DNA from: an uncultured Acidobacteriota bacterium
GTDB taxonomy: Bacteria; Acidobacteriota; Thermoanaerobaculia; Multivoradales; UBA5704
DNA: 64,000 nt
Assembly: GCA_963700145.1 (NCBI GenBank)
Contig: OY969474.1
Location: 4,064,001-4,128,000 of the forward strand
Reading direction: 5' to 3'
Each line of letters begins with the position of its first letter. Positions within the stretch are counted from its first letter, which is position 1. Position numbers and translations under genes: made by a program. The notes beneath the pieces were generated by a model. That model had not been told where the DNA came from. It worked only from the letters and a program-made list of their open reading frames with translations, and ran no database searches. Of this stretch, positions 38,501 through 50,917 are shown piece after piece.

Positions 38501-38748
38501 CGGTAGAGCCCGGGCGCTGTGGCTGGGAGGGTGAACGTCCCGTCGGGACCGGCGGTCGCGCGCACCGGCGCCGCCGGCGGTTGCGGGCCGCCGGGGAGCG
38601 GCAGCAGCTCGACGGCGACCTCGGCGGCCGTGCGTCCCGCGCCCTTCACCTGTCCGGTGACCTGGAGCGTCGCGCCGGCGGCGGCGCCAGGGACGGCGGC
38701 GAGCGTGAGCAGCGCCGCGAGGGTGGAGCGGAGAGCGCGCGAGCGCAT
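35554..38748 (-). CDS. Exported protein with multiple CarboxypepD_reg-like (beta-sandwich) repeats
   Basis: Signal peptide; about 10 repeats of G.VVD..G.PV.GA.V...T..DG.F....L..G.Y.L. Confidence 0.85.
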   Translation of the reverse strand: MRSRALRSTLAALLTLAAVPGAAAGATLQVTGQVKGAGRTAAEVAVELLPLPGGPQPPAAPVRATAGPDGTFTLPATAPGLYRVVVTAPGQQSIEVPLVPLVEDARLVPAALRREGEELRPDHTKRLPGDQAGPPVWVPAGRIGPATASALRKRGERGPGAAIALAGLVLDAATRQPLPGALVWCTSCDPFGWAFTAKDGTFRFAAAPYPRYQVEAAAPGHLAGFVGDAVSAQSVTLLLEPAAALAGIVVDAAGRPAAGVPVRARPSGDWDFRRSPRDASPQTASGADGRFRFPRLLPRQLYEVSAHPEENAPARLLARTPVAGGEAPPLRLVLVAGQTVVGRVVDPEGLPVAAAEVTLRRVQRPPGMPGGYGFTRAGPGTSVATGADGRFRFQRLEAGEYDLQVTRQGFVATGRDNVALSAETRAVDLGDVVLEPGVVLEGRVVGPKGAPVAEAQVQISRSDEPMFKRWSPWHEPVLTDADGAFRLGGLRRGEPVRLAVGHPSYVRLETGEIEVPPAAPLTLELRLQGSLALRVVDPDGEPVPRAEVSAVVETRVGSGQGVFSMGSSSYGLGATDQEGKLLAQPEPGTHVLEVKAAGFETRRLPGVEVAGGETRSLEVVLRRGTTGVTLVGRVTDHAGRALPGFHVQAVPNLEGAEAEGIRQDGFTETDADGSYRLEGLRPGRYEVEARGGRQRMARAAVRLTAGTERLDLVVEAGTEVSGRVVDAAGRPVGGAVVRLHMISGGEAFQATSAADGSFAFDWVPEGTYRLLAEARGYARADVPGEVQVAGTAVGGLEVRLSEAGGAISGQVLGLDPADRRRVQVRALRLDDSAGFSRVGPDGRYRIADLAPGDWQVVAATPDGRQASGEVTLEPGQAEAFLDLELETRPVLTGRVTFDGRPLAGAEVQLHGPGAPFARTAQDGSFRVGVIPGRYTLILLDPRQGFGYSRAVEVGPDGAEVTIDLESASLSGRVLDAGGVPIAGAAVVVEGVNPALDLSYSGPSARTDEAGLFALRLAPGHYRLTVSADGFAPATTEVELPEGRTVELDVPLVPAAETADVEDPT

Positions 38749-38786
38749 GGCGAAAGTCTCCCCTGACCTTCGCCAAGTCTAAAGGA

Positions 38787-39866
<1,080 letters not shown>

Positions 39867-40070
39867 CTACGCGGACTTCGCGTAGCGCCGCTTGAAGCGC
39901 TCGACGCGCCCCTGGGTGTCGATCAGCTTCTGCTTGCCGGAGAAGAAGGGGTGGCAGGCGCTGCAGATCTCGAGACGCAGCTCGTCCTTGGTCGAGTGCG
40001 TCTGGAAGGTGTTGCCGCAGGCGCAGACGGCGGTGACCAGATGGCGGACGGGATGGATGGTCTTCTTCAC
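39867..40070 (-). CDS. rpmE: 50S ribosomal protein L31 (Zn-binding type)
   Basis: [25 protein letters not shown]. Confidence 0.97.
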   Translation of the reverse strand: MKKTIHPVRHLVTAVCACGNTFQTHSTKDELRLEICSACHPFFSGKQKLIDTQGRVERFKRRYAKSA

Positions 40071-40194
40071 GGTTCGGGCCCTTGTCTGAAGTGGGAGGCC
40101 CGGGCGGTCCCGGGCGAACGGCGAAGGTTAGCGCAGAGGGGCTCCCCCTGGCAACCCGCAGCGCTCTTCGTTCCTCTAAACTACGTGGCACAAG

Positions 40195-41289
40195 ATGGCA
40201 TTCCACGACGACTGTCTGGTGGCCGACGGGCACACCGACGTGCCGGCCCGTCTGCTCGAAGAGGGGGCGGACCTGTCGCGCCCCTGCCCGGACCGCCACA
40301 TCGACCTGCCGCGCCTGCGCCAAGGCGGGGTGGACGCCCTGGTCTGGGCCCTCTACGTGCCGGGCTCCCTCGACCCCGAGGCGGGGTGGAAGCACGCCCT
40401 CCGCCTGCGCGAGCTGGCCGGCGAGCAGCTCTCGGCGGACGGCTTCCGCGAGGTCGTCTCGGTGGCCGAGCTGCGGCGGGCGGTGGCGCAGCGGGCGGTG
40501 GCGGTCCTCTGGGGGCTCGAGAACGGGCGGCCGCTGCTGGTCCCCGGGGCGCTCGACGGCTGCGTCCAGCTCGGGGTGCGCTACGTCACCCTCACCCACA
40601 TGAAGACGCACGAGTGGTGCGACTCCTCGACCGACGCGCCGCGCCACGGCGGCCTGTCGGAGCAGGGGATGGAGATCGTGCACGCGATGGCGCGGCGCGG
40701 CATCGTGCCGGACGTCTCGCACGTCTCGGACGAAGCGGTGCGGCAGACGGTCGAGGTCTCGCCGCTGCCGGTCGTCGCCTCGCACAGCTCGGCGCGCGCC
40801 CTCTGCGACCACCCGCGCAACCTCCCCGACGAGCTGGTGCGCGAGATCGCGCGCCGCGGCGGCGTGGTGATGGCCGCTGCCTACCCGCCGTTCCTGTCGC
40901 CGGAGGTCGCCAAGGCGCAGCAGGAGCGGCTGGCGCAGCTGGGCGAGACGATCGAGGCGCTCGACGAGGCGTACGCCAGCCAGCCCGGGCTGGCGGCGCG
41001 CGAGGTGACGCGGCTTCTGGCCGCGCACCCGCTGCCGGCGGCGGGGCTCGACCGCCTCGTCGACCACCTGCTCCACTTCGTCAAGCTGGTCGGCGAGGAG
41101 CACGTCGGCGTCGGCAGCGACTTCGACGGCATGACCGAGGTGCTGGAAGGCTTCGAGGACGTCTCCCGCTACCCCGCCCTGACCGCCGCCCTCCTCGAGC
41201 GCGGCCTCGACCGCGCCGGCATCCGCCTGATCCTCGGCGAGAACTTCCTCCGGATCCTGGAGGCGGCGGAGAGAGCGGCGCAGACTTGA
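40195..41289 (+). CDS. Membrane dipeptidase (peptidase M19)
   Basis: DGHTD, LENG, LTH, DVSH, ASHS, RNLPD, GSDFDG. Confidence 0.92.
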   Translation: MAFHDDCLVADGHTDVPARLLEEGADLSRPCPDRHIDLPRLRQGGVDALVWALYVPGSLDPEAGWKHALRLRELAGEQLSADGFREVVSVAELRRAVAQRAVAVLWGLENGRPLLVPGALDGCVQLGVRYVTLTHMKTHEWCDSSTDAPRHGGLSEQGMEIVHAMARRGIVPDVSHVSDEAVRQTVEVSPLPVVASHSSARALCDHPRNLPDELVREIARRGGVVMAAAYPPFLSPEVAKAQQERLAQLGETIEALDEAYASQPGLAAREVTRLLAAHPLPAAGLDRLVDHLLHFVKLVGEEHVGVGSDFDGMTEVLEGFEDVSRYPALTAALLERGLDRAGIRLILGENFLRILEAAERAAQT

Positions 41290-41787
41290 GGCGAAGCTGC
41301 GGTAGCGACGCCGGCAGACAGCGACGGCATCCTCGGGCGCCGGAGGCTCAGACCGCCGAAGTGAAGGCGCTGGCGGCCGAGGTGGCGCGGCAGCTAACGC
41401 GGTAGAATCGCCGCGCCTTCCGATGGTGGACGGCCTTCCCGAAAGGAGGACTGCCCATGGCCGAGCTAATCGGCAACGTTCTGAAGGCAAGCCGGAAAAA
41501 CCCGGTGGACTAGGACAGTGGTCGTACGCGGGGAGCCACGGCACAAGACCCTGTCAGGGCCATTGTCCGACTACGCAGGGATAACCACAGTCCGCCCGGC
41601 AGGGCTCGGGCAAGGAGCCCAAAGCGGACCGCTCTAACCCTTCCGTTATGGACGGGCGGGCGAGCCTGGGCTGCGTTATGCGGCAACAGGTGTTGTGGGC
41701 GACAAGCAGGAATCCGGCCGGTGGCTTCCTTGGGCCTTGCCCGCTTAGGTGATGCCGCCGGACGGGCTCGTTGTTACCCCTAGTGCT

Positions 41788-41953
41788 ATGCCAGCCAGCA
41801 CGAGTAAGCAAGCCTCCGCATCCTGAGAAGCCGCCTAGGCGCCTGCGTGACGTGAACGCATGGGCGGATCAGATCGTGGGGGCGCTGACAGGGACGGCGC
41901 CGCCGCCGAAGCCAGAGTGGCCGAAGGGCGGCAGCAGCGCGATGGGGAGATAA
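41788..41953 (+). pseudogene. Remnant of a small basic protein of the type seen beside IS1-family elements
   Basis: RDVNAWADQIVGALTG and, in another frame, AAAARWG; frameshifted and internally deleted. Confidence 0.45.
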
Positions 41954-41987
41954 GGCGTAACTAAGGCGGATGTGGTAGCCTGACAGC

Positions 41988-42695
41988 ATGCCAGACGGCG
42001 GCTCAAAGGCTGATCTACGCCTTCTCGGTGTCGGCATCTACTCCATCCCAGAAGCCGCTCGACTGAGCAAGGTTCCTCCCGATTACATCCGGCGGTGGCT
42101 GTGGGGCTACCGGTACACGTTTGCTGGACGGCGCTTCGAGAAGCCCCCCTTGTGGGACCCGGAACTGCCCACCATTGGCAACGCACGAGCCGTTAGCTTC
42201 CGCGACCTAATCGAGGTGCAGTTCGTCCATCGTTTCCGGCAGGAAGGGCTAAGCCTTCAGTCGATCCGCACGACCATCGGAAAAGCCACTGAGCTGCTTG
42301 CCGAGAGCTATCCTCTTTCGTCAGTCAAGTTCAAGACGGACGGAAAGCACATTCTGGCGGAGGTTCTTGAAGATCCGTCGGAGCGAAGCTATATCTTCGA
42401 TCTTCACACCAACCAATATTTGCTCCAGTTCGTTTTGGACTACCTTTACGACGCCCTCGAATACACTAACTTCGATCAGCTCATCCGCTGGTGGCCGCTC
42501 GGCAAGAATCGGCGCGTGGTGGTGGACCCGCGAAAGAGCTTCGGCCGACCCGTCGTTGTGGAGAATGTGCCAACAGCCATCCTGGCCGGCTCGTTCAAGG
42601 CGGAGGGGTCCGTTGCTGCCGTCGCGCACTGGTTTGAGGTTGCCGAGGAGTCCGTTGTAGATGCCCTGGAGTTTGAGCGTAGCCGTGCGGCGTGA
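41988..42695 (+). CDS. HTH + DUF433 antitoxin (VapB45-like)
   Basis: YSIPEAARL..IRRW, SFRDLIE, VVDPRKSFGRPV, VAHWF...V.DALEFE. Confidence 0.85.
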   Translation: MPDGGSKADLRLLGVGIYSIPEAARLSKVPPDYIRRWLWGYRYTFAGRRFEKPPLWDPELPTIGNARAVSFRDLIEVQFVHRFRQEGLSLQSIRTTIGKATELLAESYPLSSVKFKTDGKHILAEVLEDPSERSYIFDLHTNQYLLQFVLDYLYDALEYTNFDQLIRWWPLGKNRRVVVDPRKSFGRPVVVENVPTAILAGSFKAEGSVAAVAHWFEVAEESVVDALEFERSRAA

Positions 42696-43114
42696 GGTTC
42701 ATCCTCGACCACAACCTAGCTCCCAACCTGGCGCGCGCCTTAGGGCTCTTGGTAGAATCTTATGGCGATGAGGTAACATGTCTTAAGGATCGAGGACTAC
42801 AGGCCAGCGACGATGAGGACTGGATACCGCGACTAGCCAAGGAAGGAAACTGGGTTGTCATTACCTGCGATCTCGACATTGTTCGTAACCCGCATCGGCA
42901 ACTCGTTTTCCGCCAAGCAAACCTGACGGCGTTTTTCCTCCTGGAGGCGTGGTCGGACGGACGTGTCCGCGCGCCGCAGATCGCGCAGCGCCTCCTCAGA
43001 CTGTGGCCGGATATCACGGCGCTGGCAGACAAATACCGGCCCGGCACCTGCTTCGCTGTACCCTTCCGCGGCTCAATCAGGCGCTTCAGTCCCCAGGGCA
43101 AGAAACCAATCTAA
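42692..43114 (+). CDS. PIN-like toxin (VapC45 / DUF5615-like)
   Basis: MRFILDHNL, DEDWI, WVVITCD; GTGA overlap with the antitoxin. Confidence 0.85.
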   Translation: MRFILDHNLAPNLARALGLLVESYGDEVTCLKDRGLQASDDEDWIPRLAKEGNWVVITCDLDIVRNPHRQLVFRQANLTAFFLLEAWSDGRVRAPQIAQRLLRLWPDITALADKYRPGTCFAVPFRGSIRRFSPQGKKPI

Positions 43115-43134
43115 GGATGGAGGTGGACTTAGAC

Positions 43135-43416
43135 CGTCGTGGCTCGTGGGCTCGCGGAACGCGGGTTGCGCCACGGAGTTGATGCAGGACTTAGCCGGCC
43201 GGCTCCGCAACCGCGTCCACGGACGGACACCTGATGTACCTCTCGGCCGTTGAGAGCGGCTTCGGCGGCGGCGTGGACTACGCGATGCTCCAGAGCTCTA
43301 CAGTGGCGGGCCGACCGACGCCGAGCATCGCTACTCGCCTGCGAAGTGCATCGGACGGAGCGGCGGAGGATTCAGGGCGACCCTGATCCCAAGCACGCTA
43401 CGTGGAACGCCAGAGC
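43135..43416 (+). mobile_element. Decayed IS1-family DDE transposase fragment
   Basis: Pieces in shifting frames: PSWLVGSR..CATELMQDLAGRLRNRV / TDGHLMYLSAVE..FGGGVDYAML / EHRYSPAKCIG / IQGDPDPKH / YVERQ. Confidence 0.8.
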
Positions 43417-43518
43417 TTCCAGACGCTCGCCTCTTTGCTGGCAGCTCGGTGGAGGAAGCGAAGGCGCGCAGGAGCCGCTGGCGGCAACACGAGCTGTTCC
43501 TGCCCTTTTGAGGAGTTC

Positions 43519-46179
43519 CTACCCTCGCCCGCCCAGCCCCACGCTCGGCCCGTAGAGGAGGGCGTTGAGGAGGAGCGGCGTCGTGGCACGCCAGAAGAGG
43601 CGGAAGGACGGGTCCTGGGCGAAGAGGACGAGGCTGCCGGCGCCGAGACGCTCGGTGCCGACGAGGAGGGCGCCCGCCAGCCGCTCCTCGGCCTCGGGCC
43701 AGGCGAAACCGGCGATCACCGGGTCGTCCTCGACCGCCAGCACCACGTCCTGCCGCGGCTCGCCGGTCGGCAGGAGCACCGTCGTGCCCTCGACCAGCAC
43801 CGCCGGCGGTGACTGGATGCCGAGCGTCAGCGGGTGGCTGCCGCGGATCGTCGTCGCCACCGCCGCGCCCGGGGTGAAGAGCGGCCGGTCCTCCGGGCCC
43901 TTCTGGGGATGCTCGTCGTCCCCCTCCTCGGGGTCCTTCTCCGGCGCCTTCCACTTCTGCACCTTGGTCAGCTCGTGCTCCTGGAGCCACCCGACCGCGC
44001 CGCCGATCGCCACCAGCACGCCGCCCGAGCGCACCCAGGCGGCGAGCTGCTCGCGGGTCTTCTCGCCGATCGCGCCGTCGTAGTCGAAGCCGTCGGGCAG
44101 GACCAGGACGTCGAAGCTCCAGAGGTCGAGGTCGCCCAGCCGCTCGACCTCGACCCGTCGGTGCGGCACGCCGACCTCGCGGTCCAGCAGGTGCCAGAGG
44201 AAGCCGAAGGAGGTCGGGTCCACGCCGCGGCCGGCCACCAGGCCGATGCGCGAGCGGCGGACGGCCGCCATGTCGTCGGAGCCGAGCGACAGCCCCTTGA
44301 GCTCGTAGGAGGAGCCGATGCGGTGCGCGGTCAAGCCGCTCTCCTCGATCAAGCCGGCGAGCGTCGCCTCGGCGTCGCCGGCGGCGCGCGCGCGCGGCAC
44401 GAAGAGGGTGCCGGCGGGGAAGCCGGTCCCGCCGGAGGTGAAGGACTGGAGCGCGATGCGGTGCGCGACGCCCTTCTCCTGGAGCCGCGCCGCCAGCCTG
44501 TAGGAGCCCACACCCTGCGGCGGCACCAGCCACCCCAGCTCGCCGCTGCCGCGGACGGCGCCCCGCGCCGGCGCCGCGGCGGCCGGCCGCAACCCGCGCG
44601 GCCTTCCGGCCGCCACCCAGGTCTTGACGTTGAAGGCGAGCGGCAGCGACCAGGCGGTGATGTCGTAGAACTCGGGCGAGAGGTCCTGCTCGATGCGGTT
44701 GCGCTGCCGCTCGAGGAAGACCGGCGACATCGACGCTTCCAGCTCCATGAGCGCCGCCACCAGGTCGCCGAGCGGCTGCGCGGTCGAGACCGCGTAGGTG
44801 CCGGCCGCGAACTGCCGCGGCGCCGGCTCGGCGGCGGCCGGCCCGATGAGCGGGCGCGCCGCGAGCGTGTCGTCTTGGGCGAGCTGCTCGACGCGTACGC
44901 CGTGGAGGGCCAGGAGGTCGGCGAGTGCCCCGGCCTCCTGCTGGTCGGCGGGCCAGAGGAACGTGCGCCCGTCGTCGTCGCGCGGCGCGGCGCGGCCGGC
45001 GGCGTAGTCCTCGAGCAGGCGCCGGCGGTTCTGCGCCGCCGTGCGCACGGTGGCGAGCGAGGTCGTGAGATGCCGCGCCACGCGGTCGGCGAGGGTCAGG
45101 GTGCTGCCGTCCGGCAGCGTCAGCGCCGCTCCGGCGCGGCCGCCGCCGGCCATCTCGTAGGTCATCCCCACGGCGCCGCGCAGGCTCGGGTAGGAGTCGC
45201 CGTAGCCGGGGTAGAAGAGGTCGAAGTTCTCGCCGGTGTAGTAGATCCAGCCCTGCCGCTCGAAGGCCTGGGCGTTGGCGCGGCCGAAGGTGTCGAGCCA
45301 GGAGACGAGCTGGCGGTCGATGCGCGGGTGGATCGGCTCGGCGGCCGGCGGGAAGAAGTAGGTGGACTCGGACCCCATCTCGTGGAAATCGACGTAGACC
45401 TGCGGCTCCCATTGCCGGTAGGCGGCGATGCGGTGGCGGGTCTCCTGCTGGCTCGCCCACGCCCAGTCGCGGTTGAGGTCGAGGAGGTAGTGGTTCGTCC
45501 GCCCGCCGGGCCAGGGCTCGAAGTGCTCGGCGGCGGCCGGATCGGGGTTCGGGCGGCTGCCGGTGCGCTGCTCGAAGGAGTGGACGTAGCGCTCGCGGCC
45601 GTCGGGGTTGCAGAGCGGGTCGATCAGGACGATCGCCTCGTCGAGCAGCGCCGCGACGTCGCCGCCGGCCGAGGCCAGGACCCAGGCGGTCGCCATCGCC
45701 GCTTCGGCCGAGGAGGACTCGTTGCCGTGGACGCCGTAGGCCAGCCAGACGACGACCGGCAGCTCGCGCACCAGCCGCTCGCGCTCGTCGGCCGGGAGCG
45801 CCTCGGGGTCGGCGAGACGGAGGCGCTCCTTGCGGATCGCTTCGAGACGGGCGATGTTCTCGGGCGCCGAGATCGCCAGGAGCTGCAGCGGCCGGCCCTC
45901 GTAGGTCCGCCCGTACTCCCACATCGCGACGCGGTCGGAGGCGCCGTCGATCGCCCCGAGCGCCTCGACGATCCGGTCCCAGTGGGTGAAGCGCGCGCCG
46001 AGCGGGTAGCCGAGGACCGCGGCCGGCGAGGGCACGGCGACGGCCGCCGGCGGCAGCGGCAGCTCCTGGCCTCCCGACAGCGGCGCGAGGAGCGGCGGCG
46101 GAGCGGCGGCCTGGCCTTCGGCGACCATCGGCGCGCCGAGGAGAGCGAGGAGGATGAGAGCGCAAAGGATCCGATTCAT
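43519..46179 (-). CDS. Exported zinc carboxypeptidase (M14) with a C-terminal GATase-like domain
   Basis: VHGNE, NPDGRER, DLNRDW, DFHEM, FYDITAWSLPL. Confidence 0.9.
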   Translation of the reverse strand: MNRILCALILLALLGAPMVAEGQAAAPPPLLAPLSGGQELPLPPAAVAVPSPAAVLGYPLGARFTHWDRIVEALGAIDGASDRVAMWEYGRTYEGRPLQLLAISAPENIARLEAIRKERLRLADPEALPADERERLVRELPVVVWLAYGVHGNESSSAEAAMATAWVLASAGGDVAALLDEAIVLIDPLCNPDGRERYVHSFEQRTGSRPNPDPAAAEHFEPWPGGRTNHYLLDLNRDWAWASQQETRHRIAAYRQWEPQVYVDFHEMGSESTYFFPPAAEPIHPRIDRQLVSWLDTFGRANAQAFERQGWIYYTGENFDLFYPGYGDSYPSLRGAVGMTYEMAGGGRAGAALTLPDGSTLTLADRVARHLTTSLATVRTAAQNRRRLLEDYAAGRAAPRDDDGRTFLWPADQQEAGALADLLALHGVRVEQLAQDDTLAARPLIGPAAAEPAPRQFAAGTYAVSTAQPLGDLVAALMELEASMSPVFLERQRNRIEQDLSPEFYDITAWSLPLAFNVKTWVAAGRPRGLRPAAAAPARGAVRGSGELGWLVPPQGVGSYRLAARLQEKGVAHRIALQSFTSGGTGFPAGTLFVPRARAAGDAEATLAGLIEESGLTAHRIGSSYELKGLSLGSDDMAAVRRSRIGLVAGRGVDPTSFGFLWHLLDREVGVPHRRVEVERLGDLDLWSFDVLVLPDGFDYDGAIGEKTREQLAAWVRSGGVLVAIGGAVGWLQEHELTKVQKWKAPEKDPEEGDDEHPQKGPEDRPLFTPGAAVATTIRGSHPLTLGIQSPPAVLVEGTTVLLPTGEPRQDVVLAVEDDPVIAGFAWPEAEERLAGALLVGTERLGAGSLVLFAQDPSFRLFWRATTPLLLNALLYGPSVGLGGRG

Positions 46180-46195
46180 GGGTATCCGATAAAGC

Positions 46196-46283
46196 TGTCA
46201 TCCCGAGCGTGAGCGAGGGATCTGGGGGAAGGGTGGCGCGAAACCTTCCCCCGCCCAGATCCTTCGCTGCGCTCAGGATGACA
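46196..46283. repeat. Full TGTCA-family palindromic element
   Basis: TGTCATCCCGAGCGTGAGCGAGGGATCTGGG...CCCAGATCCTTCGCTGCGCTCAGGATGACA. Confidence 0.92.
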
Positions 46284-46302
46284 AGGGCAAAGTTGACGCC
46301 GT

Positions 46303-47684
<1,382 letters not shown>

Positions 47685-47688
<4 letters not shown>

Positions 47689-50477
47689 TCCGGGGCGGCG
47701 GCGGGCGGCGGCGGGACGGCGCCGGGCGCGGTGGCGCGGCGCGGCAGCTCGACGGTGAAGCAGGCCCCTTCGCCGGGGCGGCTGGCGACCGAGAGGGCGC
47801 CGCCGTGGCGGCGCACGATCTCGGCGCTGATCGAGAGCCCCAGGCCGGTGCCGCCGCGCGCCAGCTTGGTCGAGTAGAAGGGCTGGAAGATGCGCTCCAG
47901 CTTCTCGGGCGCCACCCCCGGCCCGGTGTCGCGGACGTGGACGCGCGCCCGCTCGGCGTCGGCCTCGAGCTCGACGGTGAGCGTGCCGCCGGTCTCGGCC
48001 ATCGCGTCCTGCGCGTTCATGAACAGGTTGGTGAAGACCTGCTGCAGCTCCCCCTCGCAGCCGACGATCACGACCTCCTCGGCCGGCGGCCGCCAGGCGA
48101 CCTCGATCCGCCGCTTGGCAAAGCGGTCGGTGAGCAGCTCCAGGCACTCGGTCAAGACCGGCCGCAGCGCCAGCGGGCCGGCCTCGTTGCGCCGGTTGCG
48201 CGCGAACTCGAGCAGGTTGTTGACGATGCGCGCGGCGCGGAAGGTCTGGCGCTCGACCTTCTTGAGCAGGTCGTAGCGCGGGTCGGACTCGGCGGTCTCG
48301 GAGAGCAGGATCTGGGCGTAGCTCGAGATGCCGGTGATCGGCGTGTTGACCTCGTGGGCGACGCCGGCGGCGAGCATGCCGAGGGCGGCCAGCCGGTCGT
48401 TTTCCTTGAGCTGGTTCTCCATGGCGATCCGCTCGGAGACGTCGAGCGCGACGAGCACGCGGTAGCGCGCGCCCAGGCCGTGCTCGAAGGCCGAGACCGA
48501 GAGCTGCAGGTAGCGCTCGCGGCCGGCGGCGTCGCAGAAGCCGACCTCGACCGGGCCGGTGCCGAGGTCCGGCAGCGGCTCGACGGGCAGCAGCTCCCCG
48601 AGCCGCCGCCCCGCCACCCCCGCGCGCGCCACGCCGGCGAGTGAGGCGAAGGCGGCGTTGGCCGAGACGACGTGCCCCTCGGCGTCCACCACGGCGATGC
48701 CGGCCGGCGAGGACTCGAAGATCTGCTCGGCGTAGCGCTGGAGACGGGTGACCTCCTCGAGCTGGCTGTTGAGCTGCCCCAGGAGCTGCGCGTTCTCGAT
48801 CGCCAGCGCCGCCTGGTTCAGCAGGTGGCGGATGAGCTCCAGGTCCTCGCTGTTGAGCGGCTGCTGCTCCTCCTTCCAGCCGGCGAGCACCAGCCCGACG
48901 CGGGTACCGCGCACGCTGAGCGGGAAGACGTAGCGGTAGCCGGCGAGATAGAGCGCCTGGTTCGCCGAGTCCGGCTCGGTCGGGAGCGTCAGGCCGGAGA
49001 TGGGGCGGTGGCCGGCGTACCAGACCTCGTCGCCCAGCGCGTCGAGCGCCAGCGGCTGCGGCAGGAGCGGGTCGGGCCGCACCGGGCGGAGGAGCCCGCC
49101 CTGCGCCAGCAGGAGGTTGGCGCCTTCGAGCGCCACGCCCTCCTCGATCTGACGCAGCAGCGCGGCGCACAGCCGTCCCAGGTCGCGCTCGTGGAGCAGC
49201 TCGTTGCCCAGCTCCGAGAGCGCCCGCCGCTTGCCGAAGGTGCCGCGGTACTGCAGGCGCTCGAAGGCCGACGAGAGGGTCTTGCGCGTCGGCACCAGGA
49301 GCGCCGCGATCCCCAGGCCGGCGGTGAAGGAGAGGAGGTTGCGTGCCAGCGCCAGCTCCGCCGACACCCCGCGGTTGATCAGCAAGTTGACGAGCGAGAA
49401 GCCGAGGAGGCCGAGCAGCAGCGTCAGCGTCGAGGCCACCGCGCTGCGCACGACGAGCTCGATGTCCCACAGCTTGTAGCGCAGGATGGCGTAGGCGAAG
49501 GTGAGCGGCACGACGGCGAGCGGCACGACCGCCGCGGCGGTCAGCAGCTCCGGCGCGCGCAGGCCGGCGATCCACGGCAGCCCGTAGAGCGCCAGGAACG
49601 GCAGGTAGCCGCCGGCGAGCCCCACCGCCATCCAGTGCGCCTGCCGCTGCTCGTGCCAGCTCCGGTCGGCGCGCAGGCGGGCGACGAGCACGGCGACGGC
49701 GGCGAGGGCGTAGACCGCGAGCTGGGCGAGCACCAGGCGGTCGAGCGCGAGGATCGAGGCCGCGGTCGGCCGCCCGAAGAGGAACCGGCCGCCGCTCAGG
49801 CTGTAGTCGAGCTGGAGCGCCAGGAGAGCGGCGGCCGGGAGGTAGAGGAAGGGGAGCACGCGGCGGCTCCACCGCGCCGGCGCCAGCCGCGCCGGCAGCT
49901 CGAGGAAGAGGTGGAGGGTCACCGGCGCCAGCAGGATCAGCGCGCAGGCGTCCACCGTGTAGAGCAGCCGGTAGACGGCGTCGACCGGCGGCGTCGCGGT
50001 GACGAGATAGGCGGTCGCCGAGAGCAGCGTCCAGAGGTAGAAGAGGAAGCCCTGTCCCTGGCCGCGCTGCCGCACCAGCGTGTAGAGGCCGATCAGCAGG
50101 TAGATGGCGCCGATCAGCGCCATCACCAGGTACGGGATGTCGAGGTCGAGCGGCAGACGCTCGTACGGGACTTCGAGGAGCCGCTCGCCGCGCTGGACGA
50201 GGAGAGTGGTCTCCGGGCTCTCGCGCAGACGCTGGCGGAGGGCGGTCTCCGAGGCGACGTCGCCGCCGCCGGCGAGGAGGATCACGTCCCCCGGCTCGAG
50301 CCCCTGGGCGTCCGGCCCGACGGCCGCCACCCGCAGCCCGGCCCCCGCCGGCACGCCGGCGAAGCCGACCGGCTGGAAGCTCTCGACCTTGCGGTCGAAG
50401 CTCCCTGCCGCCAGCAGGACGGCGGCCAGCGCCAGCGCGAGCGCCAGCGCGAAGCGGAAGGTGCGGACTCGGGTCAT
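47685..50477 (-). CDS. Multi-TM sensor histidine kinase (PDZ-like, TMs, GAF, PAS, HisKA, HATPase)
   Basis: GVAHEVNTP, QVFTNLFMNA, DTGPG, FYSTK, GTGLGL. Confidence 0.92.
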
Positions 50478-50510
50478 TTAGAACCTGGGCACTACGCCGC
50501 CCGGGCTAGA

Positions 50511-50525
50511 GCACAGTCCGTGCCA
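50511..50525 (-). promoter_or_regulatory. sigma54-like promoter of the HK-RR operon
   Basis: Minus strand TGGCAC-ggact-GTGC, 33 nt before the ATG. Confidence 0.5.
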
Positions 50526-50636
50526 CGCCACGGAAATTTGAATCGGGCGAAAACCCAGGGAAAATGGCCATTTCGGCGGCTGAAATCCAATGAGCCGGAT
50601 CTTATCCGAGAAGGCGGATTCAAGGGGTTGAGGGGC

Positions 50637-50907
50637 CGAGCCCCGAACCGCTGGCTCCGCCGCCCGATCCAGCGGCTTCGGCGGCTGATGGGCTGGGTCC
50701 GGCCGCTGAACCAGCGGCTTCCGCCGCCGAGCCATTCGATCCGGAAACCGAACCACTCCATCAGCGGCTGAGCCGCTGGGTTCGGTCACCGAACCACTGG
50801 GTTCGGCCGCTGAGCCATTCGCTTCGGCCGCTGACCCGCTCCATCAACGGCTGAAGCGCTCGTTTCGGCCGCTGAACCACTGGGTTCGGCGGCTGCACCA
50901 CTCCTGC
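50637..50907. repeat. Degenerate 21-bp tandem array (13 units, two of 20 bp)
   Basis: Consensus CGGCCGCTGAACCACTGGGTT (exact at 50866-50886); intergenic. Confidence 0.9.
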
Positions 50908-50917
50908 CGGCCTCGCT

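Noticed and set aside
40186-40200. TGGCAC upstream of the dipeptidase as a sigma54 promoter
   Set aside because: GG-to-GC spacing is wrong and the motif overlaps the start codon.
41400-41780. Possible tRNA, ncRNA or att site at the island edge
   Set aside because: No cloverleaf, T-loop or flanking direct repeat found; only short hairpins and an 18-codon ORF (41457-41513).
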